A stretch of DNA of 64,000 nt from Octopus bimaculoides. Its lineage: Eukaryota. The stretch covers positions 67,093,541-67,157,540 of the forward strand of contig NC_068986.1 in the NCBI RefSeq assembly GCF_001194135.2, in the 5' to 3' direction. The translations under genes and the position numbers were made by a program. Shown here in pieces: positions 10,577 to 23,144 of the stretch (positions are counted from its first letter, which is position 1; the number at the start of each line of letters is the position of its first letter). The notes under the pieces were generated by a model. That model saw only the letters and a list, made by a program, of their open reading frames with translations, ran no database searches and was not told the origin of the DNA.

Positions 10577-10850
10577 GTATATATATATGTATATATATAT
10601 ATATATNNNNNNNNNNNNNNNNNNNNNNNNNNNNNNNNNNNNNNNNNNNNNNNNNNNNNNNNNNNNNNNNNNNNNNNNNNNNNNNNNNNNNNNNNNNNNN
10701 NNNNNNNNNNNNNNNNNNNNNNNNNNNNNNNNNNNNNNNNNNNNNNNNNNNNNNNNNNNNNNNNNNNNNNNNNNNNNNNNNNNNNNNNNNNNNNNNNNNN
10801 NNNNNNNNNNNNNNNNNNNNNNNNNNNNNNNNNNNNNNNNNNNNNNNNNN

Positions 10851-10893
<43 letters not shown>

Positions 10894-11274
10894 AGCATGA
10901 CTACAACCTCATGATTGAAACAAATAAAAGAATAAAAGAATACATACATATAAAGATATACATACACACAGAGGCACACAAATACACACACAGGTGGATG
11001 AGCACATCGATATGCATAGGTTCTCAAATTCTTCCGATATTCGTTGTTCATGCAATAGGAACATATAAACACAGTTTAATGAAATATTCAGATATAATTA
11101 TAGATAGATAGATAAATAGATAGATATGCATAAATATTACACGGACATACATAGATAAATTCAATTTGCTATGCTAACACACACATACACTCGTTCACAC
11201 AAACACGTCCACAAACACACATGCACATACACACGCACACACACATATACGGTTACACACACACGCACACACAC

Positions 11275-11820
11275 ATCACTGTATTACAATATCGACCAGA
11301 CCATCATATACTATTCTACAACGCTGGTTACAATGCGTTCCAACTTTGTCTTGATTGCGATTCTTTTTCATCTTCACCCAAATTGTTTGACTAAATCGTC
11401 TTCCTCTCTTCGTGGAGGCATTAAAAGTAGTCTTTTTCCGATCTCTTGGATCTCACTAGACAACTGAACGGCTACAGTCATTGTGTGTAAACCTTGTGAC
11501 ATATCCAGCAGTAGGACTTGTGCTTCGGCACTCTGCGGTTACATCTTTCATTCCGCTCCATTCTCGAATCATCTCATTTCGAATATGAATCGAGATATGG
11601 ATACTGAAATCTCAAAGAGATTAAAAGCAGTATGGAGGACATTTCATTCAATGAAAAATGTGCTCAAAACAAAGCTAAACAATACAAGACGTAGAGGACT
11701 CTTCAATAGCACCGTCTTGCATACTCTCTTAGACGCAAATGAGACGTGGACTTCTACGAAGAGGATAGAACTTAGCTTGGATACGACACAGAGGGCCATG
11801 GAAAGATCCATGCAAGGAAT
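11275..11820 (-). mobile_element. RTE-clade LINE 3' fragment with inverted 5' segment
   Basis: Plus 11582-11820: NMNRDMDTEISKRLKAVWRTF...LFNSTVLHTLLDANETWTSTKRIELSLDTTQRAMERSMQG. Minus from 11584: IRNEMIREWSGMKDV...AGYVTRFTHN..DPRDRK, ending at a tail-like AGTGAT (11280-11275). Confidence 0.85.
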
Positions 11821-11869
11821 GCACACAAATACATACACACGTACGCACGCACGTACACACACGTACAAA

Positions 11870-13330
11870 TCCTCACTAATAAATTAACTCAACATAACCC
11901 CCAACTCCATACATAAAAAGCCCAATGCACCAACTGCTCTCATCAACAATACCCTAATAACTACCACTATAATGCCAATGCTAACACTCGACCCTTAAAT
12001 ATACCACAAGCTCAAATATACCTCCTGTCATAAGAGAGAACATCCCAGGAGATACCACCGAACACAATATTTATCATACCTTTACAACCCAACATCACCC
12101 TCAGCTCCTTATCAAATGATAACCTTAGTACCAACTTTTATAACGAACCGAACACCGATTCCTCACTAAGTAACAATCCCCTCATTAGCTCATCCGGAAC
12201 ACCTTCTACAAACCTACGCAGCTTCAGACGTCCAAACCTCTGTTCTTTAGATAACCACTGTCTCACTTAAATCATAGTTTATAAGTGAACAGCATCAACT
12301 AACAACTGTAACTACATTTACATCGGCTCAAGTACCACCACATTCAAAACTAGAGAGAGAGCAAACAATACTCTAGCTTCAAATCCCGAACAAAATCTAA
12401 CAGTACATCGTTATCTCAACTTATCAGTAAACTAACGCTTGATTCAACCCCTTACACTCTCAAATGGCCCATAGTCACCTACACCAAACCTTACAGCGGA
12501 TATAACAAGATCATGGCTATTTTGCAATCCACGGAGTTTTTCAATGAACGCAACAATATAATATTCACCTGCAAACATCGGGCACTAAATCTATTTTCGA
12601 TATATACATTTTACCCACTCATCCACCCTCACTACCACTGTGTATTAAACCAACAATATTTTTCTCCCCTTTTAATTCCTTGATCGTCAATTACACTTTT
12701 CTCTTTGTATTTTTACTTACCACCTATATTATTCTTCTCTCCTTATATTTCTACACCCTCTTCCCTCCCACTTCTCCACCCGTAAACTCACAAATTCATA
12801 CGCCTACATACACTTCCACCACTTTCGTACCAATTTATGCCTTTCGGTCATGCTTAAATTCCCCACTCTAACTTGCTTTATTTGTACACGTTTTCTTTCT
12901 CTGCTACGACAAAAAATCTTTCTCAACCCTCTCCCCTCCAATTTATCTTCTCTTCAAATAATAATCCCACTATTAAATTTTGTGATTAAGCCAAACTACT
13001 ATATTATCAACTACTGGCCTACCTAACTCTTCTTTCCTCTCACTCCCTTATAGTCTATTTTATTTTATTTTATTATTTATCTTTTCTATCTCTTCTTCCC
13101 TTCTTCTAATACTTATTTATCCTTACATTTATATATTTCTCACATACTTTGCCCTCCATACATTTTGATTCAATCCTCTTTGCTTCAGCATGTACCTCCT
13201 TGCAACAATGTAGCCTTTAATCTAATCAAGATATCCTTGGCCAGAAGAGTAGTCGGCTATGTACACCTCACTTGGATTTTACCACTTCTGAGGTTCCACT
13301 CGCTATGAAACATGATATGTAGCCAGGATT
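11870..13330 (+). mobile_element. Penelope-like element 3' part: GIY-YIG endonuclease pseudogene plus 3' region with hammerhead motif
   Basis: From 12232: PNLCSLDNHCLT*IIVYK*TASTNNCNYIYIGSSTTTFKTR, then (frameshift) SFKSRTKSNSTSLSQLISKL...YTLKWPIV. Strong C/A then C/T strand asymmetry. The left boundary is uncertain. Confidence 0.8.
13233..13329 (+). ncRNA. Hammerhead ribozyme motif with core substitution (CAGAAGA)
   Basis: Stem I ATCCT(T)GGC/GCCAGGAT; core CAGAAGA 13242-13248; stem II GTAG/CTAT with long loop; GAAA 13307-13310; stem III ACAT-GAT-ATGT; triplet GTA (A 13321). Confidence 0.6.
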
Positions 13331-14029
13331 TTTCTTACCCTATTCCGTAACTCTTGTATATATATATATATATGGATATAGTTAAACTGATTCACAACAT
13401 CAGCCCACTTTAATTTTGCTCGGATTGCTTTCAATTTTGGTGTATTCATGCAACCCTGAATTTTGATTACGTTCAACCAATTACTTTATCTCGTAGATTA
13501 AAGAATCTGATATTATTTGGAATTGAAGTTGGGAAATTTTAGCCAATCGACAGACAGCGAGGCATTAACAGCTAGGTCTCATGACAACCACACTGTGTTC
13601 TGTTTCACTTCTCCTGCACGTTGTGTTGATTCTTAACACCACGTAATTTACTTCACCCGCGTGTTTTGTTTTAATAAAAAAAAATATATATTTATCAATT
13701 ATAATTTTATTAAAGATATTTTTTGTCAATTGTCATAATATTTTACATATTCTTCATATATAACGAAAGTTGTTCCCGATGTTTATACAGTTTCTTGACA
13801 TTATGAAGGTGAATGGAATATGTGAACTTAGTACACAACCGCACACCTGCACTTCAAGTACAGTACTGTCAAAGCATCGGTGAATCATCGACTCAGTATT
13901 GCCAAACTTCAGGGACTCATTGACTCAGATAGCTGGATTTATGATTTCACTAGGTTAATTCTATTCATAAATATTTAAACTAGGAATACTTAAACCGCCA
14001 GCTTCACATTTCAACAGCTTAACTGAAAT

Positions 14030-14181
14030 TTAGCCCACGCAACAGTAACTGAGATTGATATCGTGGAACAGAGAAACTGGGTGATACAGATAATTTGACA
14101 TTAATTTTGAAATCTGCATACAAAAAACACAAGATACAGGTATTCTTTTTCTTGGGAAAAATTCTTTTTTGACCAGTGTTA
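14030..14181 (+). mobile_element. Solo right terminus of a Chapaev3-like element
   Basis: Ends TTTTGACCAGTG (GTG ends 14178) followed by TTA, similar to the right end TTTTAACCAGTG+TAA at 54683. Confidence 0.45.
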
Positions 14182-14399
14182 TTCTTATCGTATTTTACAA
14201 ATCCAAGCATGAAAACGTTGCTCAGCTTTGGAGTTTTGGAGAGAGACACCCCCTTTTTACACACGCTCTCACACACACACACTCACACACACACATGAAA
14301 GCATAAATGTACATATAAACTTATATATAAATACATACATCCACATACGTTTAAATATTAATGATGTACACAAATACAAGACAGATATATATACATAAG

Positions 14400-14669
14400 G
14401 AATATTTAAGGGATGCTGTCAAAAACAACCTAAAGACTTTTAGTGAGGGTAGCCAAAACGAGGAACGGATGACGGAAAATCGATCGGTTCGAAAAGAAGT
14501 GATCTACAATGGTTGTAAAACACTTGAACCACAGAGAATCGAACGCTTCATCATAAAACAAGAATTTCGTAAACAGGACATCAATCCCAGACACTTTTCT
14601 ACCCGAAAATCTTTGTAATATCTGCTGTAAGGTTTATTTGTCCAAAGTCAATCTTGCTAGTCATATGAG
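14400..14669 (+). mobile_element. RTE/BovB-like LINE 3' end with terminal C2H2-type finger
   Basis: YLRDAVKNNLKTF...ENRSVRKEVIYNGCKTLEPQRIERFIIKQEFRK, then in another frame CNICCKVYLSKVNLASHMR. Confidence 0.7.

Positions 14670-14748
<79 letters not shown>
14670..14748. repeat. (ATCT)n microsatellite
   Basis: Directly visible; a second array lies at 14993-15070. Confidence 0.97.
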
Positions 14749-14749
14749 G

Positions 14750-14992
14750 TGTATGTGTCGTCGTCCATTCTTTTACACAAGAACGACCTGTTTCTCGACC
14801 GGATTGTGACTAGCGATGAAAAGTGGACTCTGTACAACAACCGGCGACGCTCAGCTCAGTGGTTGGACGCCGATGAACCTTCACTGCACCTCCCGAAGCC
14901 AAAGTTGCACCAAATAAAGGTCATGGTGACTGTTTGCTGGTCTGCAGCCGGTCTTATCCATCACAACTTTTTGGATCCAGGCGAAACCATTA
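14750..14992 (+). pseudogene. Internal mariner (Hsmar1/cecropia-like) transposase fragment
   Basis: SSILLHKNDLFLDRIVTSDEKWTLYNNRRRSAQWLDADEPSLHLPKPKLHQIKVMVTVCWSAAGLIHHNFLDPGETI; includes the first catalytic D (TSDEKW). Confidence 0.9.
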
Positions 14993-15070
<78 letters not shown>

Positions 15071-15735
15071 CACCTACACACAAACACACGCACACACTCA
15101 CACATACACACACATATAGATAGATAGATATATCATTAAATTAAAACAGCAGTACAATGGCAACAGCAATATCAACAAGACTAAGCAATCAAAGAACGCA
15201 GCAGTTATTCACAACAAAGCGGAAAAAGAAGTAAAGAAAGAAGTATAATAAGCAGCAGCAAACAACAATAACTACTGTAGCAACACTATTGACAACAATA
15301 CCATCAGAAAGTAAATCGGATGAAACTTCCATAATGATAACAAAATTAATTTGATTTTATGAAAATCAATGAAATTAATCAGTCAGGCAAAAAGGAAATA
15401 ATAATAGTTATTTATATATATATTTATTTTTTATTTAGCCGCCAGAACCTAACTTACATAAAAAAACGTGCTAAAAAGGCGTTAAGAAAACATGTAGGGA
15501 TATACAAAGTTATGTAAAAATGTTCGGAGGAAGAGTAAAAACATTACAAATTTTATTGAGTCGTGTTAATTTTTTTATTGTATAATATAATTATCTGTCT
15601 ACACAATATTTATGAACGTATATTTATATACATATAACATTAACTACATATGTAGGTCTATAAAAGTATAAGCATCTATATATATCTGTTCTTTGTCTAC
15701 ACACCCGTCTTCGTCTTTTGTGTTTTTGTAAATTC

Positions 15736-15770
<35 letters not shown>

Positions 15771-16801
15771 TGATATGTGCATGTGTGAGTGTGTGTGTAA
15801 TATGTAGGATAGCATTGATCCAATGAGAGAATGATAGAATGTCATTCATTACAAAAGACGTGGGTTCCAATGCTACGGGAAGCCTTCGGCTTTTGTATCT
15901 AAAAGGGTTTTGCAAATTAATATTTACATGCTATTATTTATAGCTTGATATGTGCGTCGCGATCCAGTTCTGAAAAAGAAATTTTTGTTTCCTAATTGGA
16001 AAGATGTTCAGAAACAGGCCTTGAAGCAAAACTGGTCTGCTACTTAGACTTTATGCATAAAATATTTACATAAAGCTAAAACACTTTATGACAATCATGC
16101 AAGACATATGTAGTAAGTTTGCCTGCGTGTAGAAGCGTGTTTATATTTGTGGTATGTTGTTCTCTATATAGTTGTATATTAACATGTGGCTATGAGCAAG
16201 CCTGTGGACATATGTGTAAATAACTGAAACATATGTCAGCAAAATGTGAATGGATTGTTTTACCTCTATGGGTACGCAGGGAACAGTGAGTTTATCTACA
16301 CTGTGCATGTGTATATCTCTGTGTGTAAACGTGTGTGATTGTATATGAAGTTGTGTCTCTGTGTGCATGGAATTATGGATGCGAATTTTCATAATTCGTA
16401 AAATTCATTAAAAATACATGGAGAAGTGATATTCTAGAAAATTAAGTGTGCAATTTCTATATTTTGCCATGAATCAAGTCATAGTAATATATAGAGAAAT
16501 AAGAAAAGAAAAACGTATATTTGTATGTATGTATGAATTTATGTATGTATCTCAATACAGTCATATCTGATTATTTGCTTGCACATGACTTACAATAAAC
16601 TGTATATAAATGATTTATATTCAATTATCTATTGCACTACGTATTACAGTATACACACATATATATACATACATGTAAACATACATACATACTTGCATAC
16701 GTTCATTAATACATACACACTTACACATACACACACCTATATGTATAACTATGTATATACACACACGCATAAGTATATCTATAACTATATACATATATAT
16801 A

Positions 16802-16869
<68 letters not shown>

Positions 16870-17640
16870 NNNNNNNNNNNNNNNNNNNNNNNNNNNNNNN
16901 NNNNNNNNNNNNNNNNNNNNNNNNNNNNNNNNNNNNNNNNNNNNNNNNNNNNNNNNNNNNNNNNNNNNNNNNNNNNNNNNNNNNNNNNNNNNNNNNNNNN
17001 NNNNNNNNNNNNNNNNNNNNNNNNNNNNNNNNNNNNNNNNNNNNNNNNNNNNNNNNNNNNNNNNNNNNNNNNNNNNNNNNNNNNNNNNNNNNNNNNNNNN
17101 NNNNNNNNNNNNNNNNNNNNNNNNNNNNNNNNNNNNNNNNNNNNNNNNNNNNNNNNNNNNNNNNNNNNNNNNNNNNNNNNNNNNNNNNNNNNNNNNNNNN
17201 NNNNNNNNNNNNNNNNNNNNNNNNNNNNNNNNNNNNNNNNNNNNNNNNNNNNNNNNNNNNNNNNNNNNNNNNNNNNNNNNNNNNNNNNNNNNNNNNNNNN
17301 NNNNNNNNNNNNNNNNNNNNNNNNNNNNNNNNNNNNNNNNNNNNNNNNNNNNNNNNNNNNNNNNNNNNNNNNNNNNNNNNNNNNNNNNNNNNNNNNNNNN
17401 NNNNNNNNNNNNNNNNNNNNNNNNNNNNNNNNNNNNNNNNNNNNNNNNNNNNNNNNNNNNNNNNNNNNNNNNNNNNNNNNNNNNNNNNNNNNNNNNNNNN
17501 NNNNNNNNNNNNNNNNNNNNNNNNNNNNNNNNNNNNNNNNNNNNNNNNNNNNNNNNNNNNNNNNNNNNNNNNNNNNNNNNNNNNNNNNNNNNNNNNNNNN
17601 NNNNNNNNNNNNNNNNNNNNNNNNNNNNNNNNNNNNNNNN

Positions 17641-17687
<47 letters not shown>

Positions 17688-18740
17688 TTGTATATGTATG
17701 TCTGTTTCTGTGGAAATATTTCATAGAACGTATTTTTAATGAGGATTAGTTGCACCGTGCGCGAGTAATTCTGTGTGTGTATGCATGCGTGCGCACGTGT
17801 GTGTATGTGTGCGTGTGTATGTATGTGCATGCATGCGTGCGTGTGTACATATGTGTGTACGTCAGTGAAGTTGAAATGAAAATAAAAGTACACTAATTGC
17901 TCGGCTATAAAGATTATGAAGTCAACAATGAAGGCTGTTGTACATTTTTTTCTTCTTGTAGGAAAGTAGAATACTGTAGAAGTCGAGTCCTATGCTACTC
18001 GATGATCGTATAATACTATTTTTATGGTTCTTCTAGGTACTGAAGTGGTCTTCAGAATATACTCATTGAATCACCTCAATATATATATATATATATATCA
18101 ATATGCAATAGGTTCTCTACTTCGATAACATAATTATTATTTATAGCATCACTAATATAGATGTAATTATTTTGCTGTTAGCCTGATTATTCTCCTGTTT
18201 TGCGCTCACTCATGCGTGCAGACACACGTTTACAGGTACAGAAATTATATAAACATACATTTACACATACATCCACAAATACACACACATATTTGAAGAT
18301 GAGAGAGAAGAAGAATGGACCAGATGAAATCGTGTATGTGAGAGACAGAGAGAGAATGTGAAAGAAAAAAATGATGGAGTGAATGAAAGAAAGAAAAAGA
18401 GAGAGAAAGCACCTAAATTTTAAGAGAACGTCTAATCTGTGTGCACGATCCAGCATGATTTGAAGTCAATAACGGGAAGCATTTAAAAAAAACCTATGCA
18501 TTTAATCTTATACTTTAGTATCTCAGTCACTTTCAAAAAGTTTATCACCGTTAAGTTACTTATTTTAAAAAGTATCCGAGCTTATCCACTGCTTACAAAT
18601 TACATTTGATGCTATGTTAAGCTACAGGAAACTAAGGTATCCTATGAGTAATATTATCACCGTAATAATATATATATGTGTGTTCTGTTCTAATTTTCAT
18701 TATTTCAAGTCTTCCTGAAGGAAAGAGTTAGTTTCTAATA

Positions 18741-19489
18741 TGTTAGATTGTCAAGAAAGTTATTGCGGAATTTTTAATTTTGGTTTTAAATGATGTATTT
18801 TCAAATTAATTTTCGTTAAATTACTTTGACTTTATATATCATTTTAAAGCCCGTTTTTTACTCTATCTAATCGTATTACTCTTTTTTTTTTTGAATAATT
18901 AGGCCATTTCTTCCGGAACGTTAAATACGACATAGACAAAAAGCAAATTCGCACAATTCCAGTTCAAGCTAGGCCGAAAAGCTCTTGAAGCAGCACGCGA
19001 TATCAACGATGCCTTAGGCTCAGAAACCACTAACGAACGTACAGCACAATGGTGGTTCAAGAAATTTCGTAACGGTAACGAGAGTCCTGAAGATGATAAG
19101 CGTAGTGGTCGACCTTCAGATGTTGACAACGATCAACTAAGAGCCCTAGTGGAAGCCAATTCACAAACAACTGTTCGAGAGCTTGCTTTTGAATTAGACG
19201 TAACGTATACGACAATTTCCAACTACTTGAAAGAGATTGGAAAACAAAAATATTTGAGAAATGGGTGCTGCACGAATTGAACGACAACCAAAAGAAAAAC
19301 GCCGTTTTGAAGTGTCGTCTTCCCTTATTTTACACAAGAACGACCCATTTCTCGACCGGATTGTGACTTGCGATGGAAAGTGGATTCTGTACGACAACCG
19401 GCGACGCTCAGCTCAGCGGTTGGACTCCGGCAAACCTCCACGGCACTTCCCGAAGACAAAGTTGCACCAAAAGAAGGTCATGGTGATAT
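18741..19489 (+). mobile_element. 5' portion of Hsmar1/cecropia-like mariner (left TIR plus frameshifted transposase, 3'-truncated)
   Basis: TIR-like TTAGATTGTCAAGAAAGTTATTGCGGAATTTTT at 18743. Peptides DKKQIRT, NERTAQWWFKKFRNG, SGRPSDVDNDQLRALVEAN, KNDPFLDRIVTCDGKWILYDNRRRSAQ, LHQKKVMV. Confidence 0.9.
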
Positions 19490-19665
19490 TTTTACACATA
19501 TTAGGATAATTTGGGTTACGTTGATTATTATTTACATTAGTTACATTTGACGAATATTTCTAAATATAGAACTGTACTTTGATTATGCCTTCTGTTATTA
19601 TGGTTGTTCTTGTTTTCTGAACACACGTTGTTTCAGACAATATTATTAGATTGCAATATTATCAT

Positions 19666-20339
19666 CAGTCCGAATATACTTGATGCCTGTTTGAACTGGG
19701 GAACAAGCTACTCATTGCGTTTTGTCACAGAGAATGTATCACGTTGTTGACAAAATAGTGTGTACACACTTAGATCAGCTCGCAGCACCATCTACCTAGA
19801 CTGTGAAAGAATAGCATTTCGGAGTTGTTGTCTCCTCGTTGGTCACAGACACTAAGCAGACGAAACTACGAGCTGAATTGAGAGATTAGCTCTCTTATGT
19901 TTTTCTAGTCACCGTACGATGACTGGCAGCGCTATAAGGCGGCTCACCGTAAGTAAATTACGGTGGAGGAGCGCTAATTATTGGTAAATGAAATTGCAAT
20001 GTTATTATCTGTCTGAGTATGCTTGATGCACGTTCGAACTAGGGAACAAGCTACTCAGTGCGTTTTGTACGATGACTGGAAAAGCATAAGAGAGGTAATC
20101 TTTTAATTCAGCTTGTAGTGTCGTCTGCTTAGTGTCTGTGATCGACGAGGAGATAACAACTCCAAAATGCTAGCACCTCACAGTCTAGTAGATGGCACTG
20201 AGAGCTGATCTAAGTGTATACACCATATTTGTCAAGAAGCCAGGAATATTGTCCGTGACAAAACACAGTGAGTAGCTTGTTTCCCAGTTAGAACGTGCAT
20301 CAAGTATATTCGGACTATCAGTCCGTATATATTTGATGC
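19666..20339. mobile_element. Unclassified fold-back element with about 255-bp inverted arms
   Basis: 19666-19920 matches the reverse complement of 20068-20316 throughout (termini AGTCCGAATATACTTGATGC / GCATCAAGTATATTCGGACT). No ORF. Confidence 0.8.
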
Positions 20340-20899
20340 AATTTCATTTATCAATGCTTAGCACCCCCACCTCCGCAATATTGTTCCTATAACTTCCTAT
20401 TGCTAAGTTTACGAATATGGTATTCGAGATTATTTTACATTGCATAGGGTAGTTTCACCATATGCCTGTTAAAAGTTGTACAGTACCTACTAGATATAAG
20501 AAAATGTCTATCTAATATGGAAAACATTCTCCATCAGTTTTAGATGATACCGGTAATCCGAACGCCGTATTATACCATAAAATACTACATTTGTTAAACT
20601 TCGCATTTGGTTTAGTATAACTGTCACCGTATTTTGTAGAATTATGCAGATTGGAATTTAAATAAGATTTTTTAAATTCCTATTTCCCACTGCCTTCTTT
20701 AAATTTCTTTTTCTGTCTGCACTTTTATTCCACCACTTAATTCTGATTTTAAATTTAGGCTCTTCCCTTCCGTAATATTATCACTTTTGCATCATGTTCA
20801 GTAACACACCTAATACGTTTTATTTTTTATTATTTTCATTTTTATATTGATTAATTATACTACTAGTGGGACCTGTGGAAATTCCACAGAATGAAAAGT

Positions 20900-21793
<894 letters not shown>

Positions 21794-22850
21794 CTATTAT
21801 TATTATTGTCGATGTTGTTGTTGTTGTTCTCACTTTAGTGTGGGCTTAGAATTTGGTCTACTTTACTATGGTGGAAGTGAAATGAGAATAAAATGTTCCC
21901 TCCCCCATCAATGAAAATTAAATCAAACCACAGCAATGCTAAATTGAAACCAAACATGCTGTGTGAAGCGAGTTTCAAGTCCATTTGTATGTACGTATGT
22001 ATCTATGGTGCTCTTGGACATGACCATATGATGTGCGCCTGGTTGTGGACGATACTCTCATTGTAATGGACAAACTGCAATATGAGAAATTAGAGGGACA
22101 CTAGAAAATTAATCACAAACATTCATCTTGAAAATATACATACGTAACTTACGTTTATCTTAAATACTCAAATAAATTCCTGCACTTACAAGAAGACATG
22201 AGCTTTCTCATGTATATAAAATATGTATAGCGAATCCCTGACTTTGCAGGGCATTTAGATTCTCCTCAACAAACGAAGCACTAAATAAAGTAATCTAGCG
22301 AATAAAACAACACTAATCAATGATGGCTATTGAGAAACTCTACTAGACCAAGCCATATAGCAATATATACACAATTACAAGGCAGTAAATGCATTTTATA
22401 CTTCACCTATTCAAAATAAACAAACCACATATAAAGTGTGTTATATGAATCATATGCTTACTAGCTATAGAGTAAAAGATTACTTTATTGAAATCCTCAT
22501 CAATAGTTGACAGAATGCATTGCAACAAACATAGACTAACTCAAATAACACCAACAAGAAAACCATTGTTCGGTCACTTGACATATTAAAAATAGCAAAC
22601 TTGTCTTCCTCAAATCAGAATTTTTAAAAGGACACGGTAGTCAATGTCGTCCAAGTTACTTTGTATGAACAAGAAAAACATGTCTGTCTAGACGAGAATA
22701 TATTTAATCATAGGTTTGCTGGATTAGACCCAGGTTCCCTAGGTCTGAAGACCAGCCTTGATCATTATGTCTTTTATTCAAATATATGTATATCTATTCA
22801 CACGCGCGCACGCACACACACACACACGCAGAAATATCTTATCTATTATT

Positions 22851-22975
22851 CTTAAACAAGAATATTCTTGGGTATGACGTCGAAGTTTCGACCAGCTAAG
22901 TCATCATCAGACCGTTTAACGATGTCTTAGCTGACCGAAACTTTGAAACCACTGCCAAGAATATTCTTGTTCAAG
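22851..22975. repeat. Fold-back with about 55-bp arms; the left arm carries a hammerhead-like motif on the minus strand
   Basis: CTTAAACAAGAATATTCTTGG...AAGTTTCGACCAGCTAAGTCATC / GATGTCTTAGCTGACCGAAACTT...CCAAGAATATTCTTGTTCAAG. Minus: CTGATGA(22910-22904)-T-GAC-TTAGCTG-GTC-GAAA-CTTCGAC-GTC. Confidence 0.8.
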
Positions 22976-23080
22976 TATGATAAATTTGTGCTCTAAAAAA
23001 TGTATAGGACAAACCATCAGGTTAATATAAAATGTTTTTATTATAACTGAACATAAAAAAAAACAAATACACACACACAT

Positions 23081-23144
<64 letters not shown>

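Noticed and set aside
13500-13990. Cluster of AP-1-like (TGACTCA) and E-box motifs as an enhancer
   Set aside because: Short motifs are expected by chance, and no conservation or chromatin data are available.
14750-14992. Exon of a SETMAR-like domesticated gene
   Set aside because: No splice signals or SET domain; similar decayed family members occur at 18741 and 31720.
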